Assembly (NCBI GenBank): GCA_050287845.1
Contig: JBNKCR010000098.1
Span: forward strand, 64,001-128,000
DNA length: 64,000 nt
Direction: 5' to 3'
From: Polyangia bacterium
Lineage (GTDB): Bacteria > Myxococcota_A > Polyangia > JAAYKL01
This document shows positions 60,931 to 64,000 of this stretch, piece by piece. Both the position numbers and the translations under genes were made by a program. Every line of letters starts with the position of its first letter. Position 1 is the first letter of the stretch. The notes under the pieces are model-generated. The model made no database searches. It had not been told where the DNA came from and was given only the letters and a program-made list of their open reading frames with translations.

Positions 60931-62037
60931 TTAAAAAACAAACATCAGCCCTGCGCCGATGCTCACGAAGAAGTTTCCCATGCTCAGGATTTTTTCCCGG
61001 TCCACAGTTACCACCAACCGGGAGAGCATCCAACCGGCCATCGTCTCCAGTCGAGCGCGAAGATCGCCACTCAGCCGAACGTCAATACCGAATGTGAGAT
61101 GTGGAGCGGGCAGGGCATAGGTTTTTTGAAATCCGATGTTTCCGGCCACTGGCTGTCCAGCGATGCGATGGGAGATAATAGCCATTCCAATTCCCAGATC
61201 GCCGCTGGCCAGATATCGATACGCAACCATGAGCCAGTTGATCGCTACGGCTGCGTAGCCGGTGTATACAGTGATTTCGCCTTCTTCGGTGACAATTTTC
61301 TGTGGCAGTATAGGGGTTTGCCCGTGCAGTTTCACTTCGAAATGCCGGTGGAACGCGTAGCTTCCCGCAAATTGTATGTTGATGTTGGGATTGCCGTCAA
61401 TCCTGAATTTCATGATGGTCGGATTGATTTGGACGCTGAATCGTTTTCGATTGTTGGGTGCTATCCGGCGCCAGGCGTCGCTGTCGGATTCCCTGGGAGC
61501 GATGAGCTGTTCGATTTCTTTTGTGGGGGGGACGGTTCCGGTCAGTTCTGAAACGGTGTGGATCTCAAGGAGGCTTGCCCGGAGCAGCTCAACCGTACTG
61601 ATGGCCACAAATGATTCGGCATCTTCATCCTGGGGAATGGCCACTTTTCGAAGAACGGTTTTATTGGTCACCTTGTCAGCAATCCATATTTCAACATTTC
61701 CGGCGGACAATCTGCAGATAATCGCGGCGGCGGCGTTATGTGCGTGTGCGCGAAGATCGACGATGCGTTGGGTGTCCTCGCGGAAATCCATATCAAACAT
61801 TTCCACCGTGAAACCGGTGGATTCCAACTCGGCCTTTATTCGATATTCGAATCCGGACAATTGGGTGTTTTTCGCAATGAGAACGGTGGTTCCCCCTCCC
61901 CGGGATCCCTGACAGACCACCGGCAGGAGCCAGAACAGGAGAAGCAGAATGGTCGCCAAACCATACAGGATACCTCGCGAATATCGGCGATGATGCGCGG
62001 ATGCTGGGGGGGGTGCATATTTGTATAAGCAGTTCAT
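60931..62037 (-). CDS. Hypothetical exported protein with C-terminal beta-barrel
   Basis: Hydrophobic signal, alpha/beta N-domain (VEIWIADKVTNKT, VELLRASLLE), strands ending GAGLMFVF. Confidence 0.65.
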   Translation of the reverse strand: MNCLYKYAPPPASAHHRRYSRGILYGLATILLLLFWLLPVVCQGSRGGGTTVLIAKNTQLSGFEYRIKAELESTGFTVEMFDMDFREDTQRIVDLRAHAHNAAAAIICRLSAGNVEIWIADKVTNKTVLRKVAIPQDEDAESFVAISTVELLRASLLEIHTVSELTGTVPPTKEIEQLIAPRESDSDAWRRIAPNNRKRFSVQINPTIMKFRIDGNPNINIQFAGSYAFHRHFEVKLHGQTPILPQKIVTEEGEITVYTGYAAVAINWLMVAYRYLASGDLGIGMAIISHRIAGQPVAGNIGFQKTYALPAPHLTFGIDVRLSGDLRARLETMAGWMLSRLVVTVDREKILSMGNFFVSIGAGLMFVF

Positions 62038-62193
62038 TAATACTAAAATCAATTTTACGGGATAGAGACGTCATTACCACAAAAACCGAGATGAAATGCA
62101 ATTTTTATGATATGTAAATTGCCAAACATGAACGTATGCCGCAGGTGCAGTTTACAGAAATCGCATCCGAAAGAAAAAAAATCAGGAGAATAA

Positions 62194-63156
62194 ATGGTAA
62201 GCGAAGAGATATTGAAACAGGGACTCACAATGACACTGGACGATCCGTCACTGGAAGGCTATGGCGCTCCTCAGAAGGGCAAGGTCCGCAATTCCTACGT
62301 AAAGGACGGAAAACGCTATATCGTGACGAGCGACCGGATTTCGGCGTTTGACCGGGTACTCGGCACCATTCCATACAAGGGACAGGTGCTGAACCGCGTT
62401 GCCGCGTTCTGGTTTGAGAAAACAAAGAATCTGGCCGCCAATCATCTGGTGGACACACCGGATCCGGCGGTTATGACGGTGTTGGATTGTACTCCCATGC
62501 CGGTGGAGATGGTTGTTCGCGCTTATATCACTGGCTCGACGTCGACTTCTATCTGGACCCATTATCAGAACGGCGTTCGCAATTTTTGCGGCAATCCGCT
62601 GCCGGACGGATTAAAAATTCATCAGAAACTTGATGCCCCCATACTGACGCCATCCACCAAGGCGGAACAGGGTGACCATGACGTGTCCGTATCGAGGGAG
62701 GAAATCCTGGCAATGGGACGTATCTCTGCCGAAGACTTTGATGCCATGGCAAAGATGAGCATGGAACTGTTTGCCTTCGGTCAGGAACACTGTGCGAAAC
62801 AGGGACTGATTCTGGTTGATACCAAGTATGAATTCGGGAAAGCTGCAGATGGCCGGATTGTCGTAATTGACGAAATTCATACACCGGATTCCTCCCGTTT
62901 CTGGCAGGCAGACACATATCAGCGCCATTTCAAAGCAGGTGAAAATCCGCAGGGCCTCGATAAAGAATACGTTCGGGTCTGGCTGAAAAATGAAAAAAAC
63001 TTCATGGGAGATGGACCGTTGCCACATATTCCTGACGAGGTGAAAGTGGAGGCGGCCAGACGGTATATCGCTGCATGTGAGCAGATTACCGGGGAAGATT
63101 TTGTGCCCGACACCAATGAGCCCAACGCCCGGTTGGCGAGGAATATGGCCCTGTGA
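62194..63156 (+). CDS. purC: SAICAR synthetase
   Basis: GKVR..Y, SDRISAFD, PVEMVVR, TPSTK, LVDTKYEFG, DEIHTPDSSRFW. Confidence 0.96.
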   Translation: MVSEEILKQGLTMTLDDPSLEGYGAPQKGKVRNSYVKDGKRYIVTSDRISAFDRVLGTIPYKGQVLNRVAAFWFEKTKNLAANHLVDTPDPAVMTVLDCTPMPVEMVVRAYITGSTSTSIWTHYQNGVRNFCGNPLPDGLKIHQKLDAPILTPSTKAEQGDHDVSVSREEILAMGRISAEDFDAMAKMSMELFAFGQEHCAKQGLILVDTKYEFGKAADGRIVVIDEIHTPDSSRFWQADTYQRHFKAGENPQGLDKEYVRVWLKNEKNFMGDGPLPHIPDEVKVEAARRYIAACEQITGEDFVPDTNEPNARLARNMAL

Positions 63157-63162
63157 ACTGAG

Positions 63163-63699
63163 ATGGATTGGTTTCCTTCAGAATACCACCGGCTCTTTTC
63201 CCCGCAGGAGATTCAACAACGGGTTCGTGCGCTTGGTGCCCGGATTACCACTGATTATCAGAACAGCAATCTGACGGTTCTGGTGGTGCTCAAGGGAAGC
63301 TTCATGTTTGCGTCGGATCTGGTGCGCGCGATTGAGCAACCGATGAACGTGGAGTTTATAGGGCTTCGTTCCTATGGGGATCGAACCAGCACGTCCGGGG
63401 TTGTTGAAATTACGCTTGATGTCAAGCACCCGTTGATGGGAGAAGACGTCCTCATCGTGGAAGACATTGTGGACACCGGATTGACACTGGATTACCTGAT
63501 GAAGAATCTGGCCACGCGAAATCCCAAATCCATTCAGCTGGCGGCAATGCTCAATAAGCCGGCCAGGCGATTGACCCCAGTTGACGTGAACTACACCGGA
63601 TTTGAGATTCCCGACAGGTTTGTGGTCGGCTATGGGCTTGATTATGCAGGAAAGTACCGAAATCTTCCCGAAATCGGCTATCTCGATCCCGTTCCGTGA
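63163..63699 (+). CDS. hpt: Hypoxanthine phosphoribosyltransferase
   Basis: VLKGSFMF, VLIVEDIVDTGLT, FVVGYGLDY...YRNL. Confidence 0.96.
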   Translation: MDWFPSEYHRLFSPQEIQQRVRALGARITTDYQNSNLTVLVVLKGSFMFASDLVRAIEQPMNVEFIGLRSYGDRTSTSGVVEITLDVKHPLMGEDVLIVEDIVDTGLTLDYLMKNLATRNPKSIQLAAMLNKPARRLTPVDVNYTGFEIPDRFVVGYGLDYAGKYRNLPEIGYLDPVP

Positions 63700-63732
63700 A
63701 AACCGCGGACCAAACCAGCATTCCATAAAAAT

Positions 63733-64000
63733 TTATTTGGAGGACCAGTTGCCATGGATGGTGCAATATTCTCTTGCAATGAGGTTTTCGCTGTAGGGAA
63801 CGAAAAACTCCGCTTCCGGTGGATCACCGGGTTTGAGGTACTTCCTTTGAATGTAGTCACCGTTGATGACTTCTATCCATTCGATGTAATGCTCTTCTGC
63901 CATCGGATGAGCCGTGGAACCCACAATTACTTTCACACCTTTTTCGGTTTTTTCGATGATGGGTACGTGTTTCTCAGTGCTCTGGTCGGCCGTTTTTTCT
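63733..64000 (-). CDS. Superoxide reductase (desulfoferrodoxin/neelaredoxin family), 5' end outside window
   Basis: Frame is open to the window edge: [13 protein letters not shown]...[12 protein letters not shown]...REYCTIHG, the SOR iron ligands. Confidence 0.92.
   Translation of the reverse strand, partial: EKTADQSTEKHVPIIEKTEKGVKVIVGSTAHPMAEEHYIEWIEVINGDYIQRKYLKPGDPPEAEFFVPYSENLIAREYCTIHGNWSSK

Noticed and set aside
62006..62013. G8 run near the 5' end of an exported-protein gene as a phase-variation tract
   Set aside because: G7 runs also occur in unrelated genes here (about 4390, 20770, 61525), and the frame is intact.

Overview
Chromosomal window with about 52 CDS and 3 tRNAs. No mobile element, CRISPR array or rRNA was found. 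Gene content suggests a Na+-using, anaerobe-leaning Myxococcota/Deltaproteobacteria-type bacterium (inference from a TraB-like OmpA protein, Cys-rich and Asp-Ser/Asp-Thr lipoproteins, Nqr, KorDABC and superoxide reductase). Housekeeping genes: trmB, cysD-cysNC, greA-recG, nqrA-F, sdhCAB, korDABC, tlyA, purC-hpt and a partial superoxide reductase. A six-gene chemosensory operon has a soluble receptor and no free CheY. The best candidate for an undescribed system is a 13-kb co-directional cluster (11089-24070). It pairs an OleA-type fatty-acyl condensing enzyme, without oleBCD, with a FadL-like barrel, a DUF1302-like barrel, an MMPL/RND transporter, a LolA-like carrier, a secreted chalcone-isomerase-fold protein, an arylsulfotransferase-fold lipoprotein lacking its sulfate-binding Arg, and three uncharacterised lipoproteins. 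Family calls come from motif recognition by eye; no searches were run.
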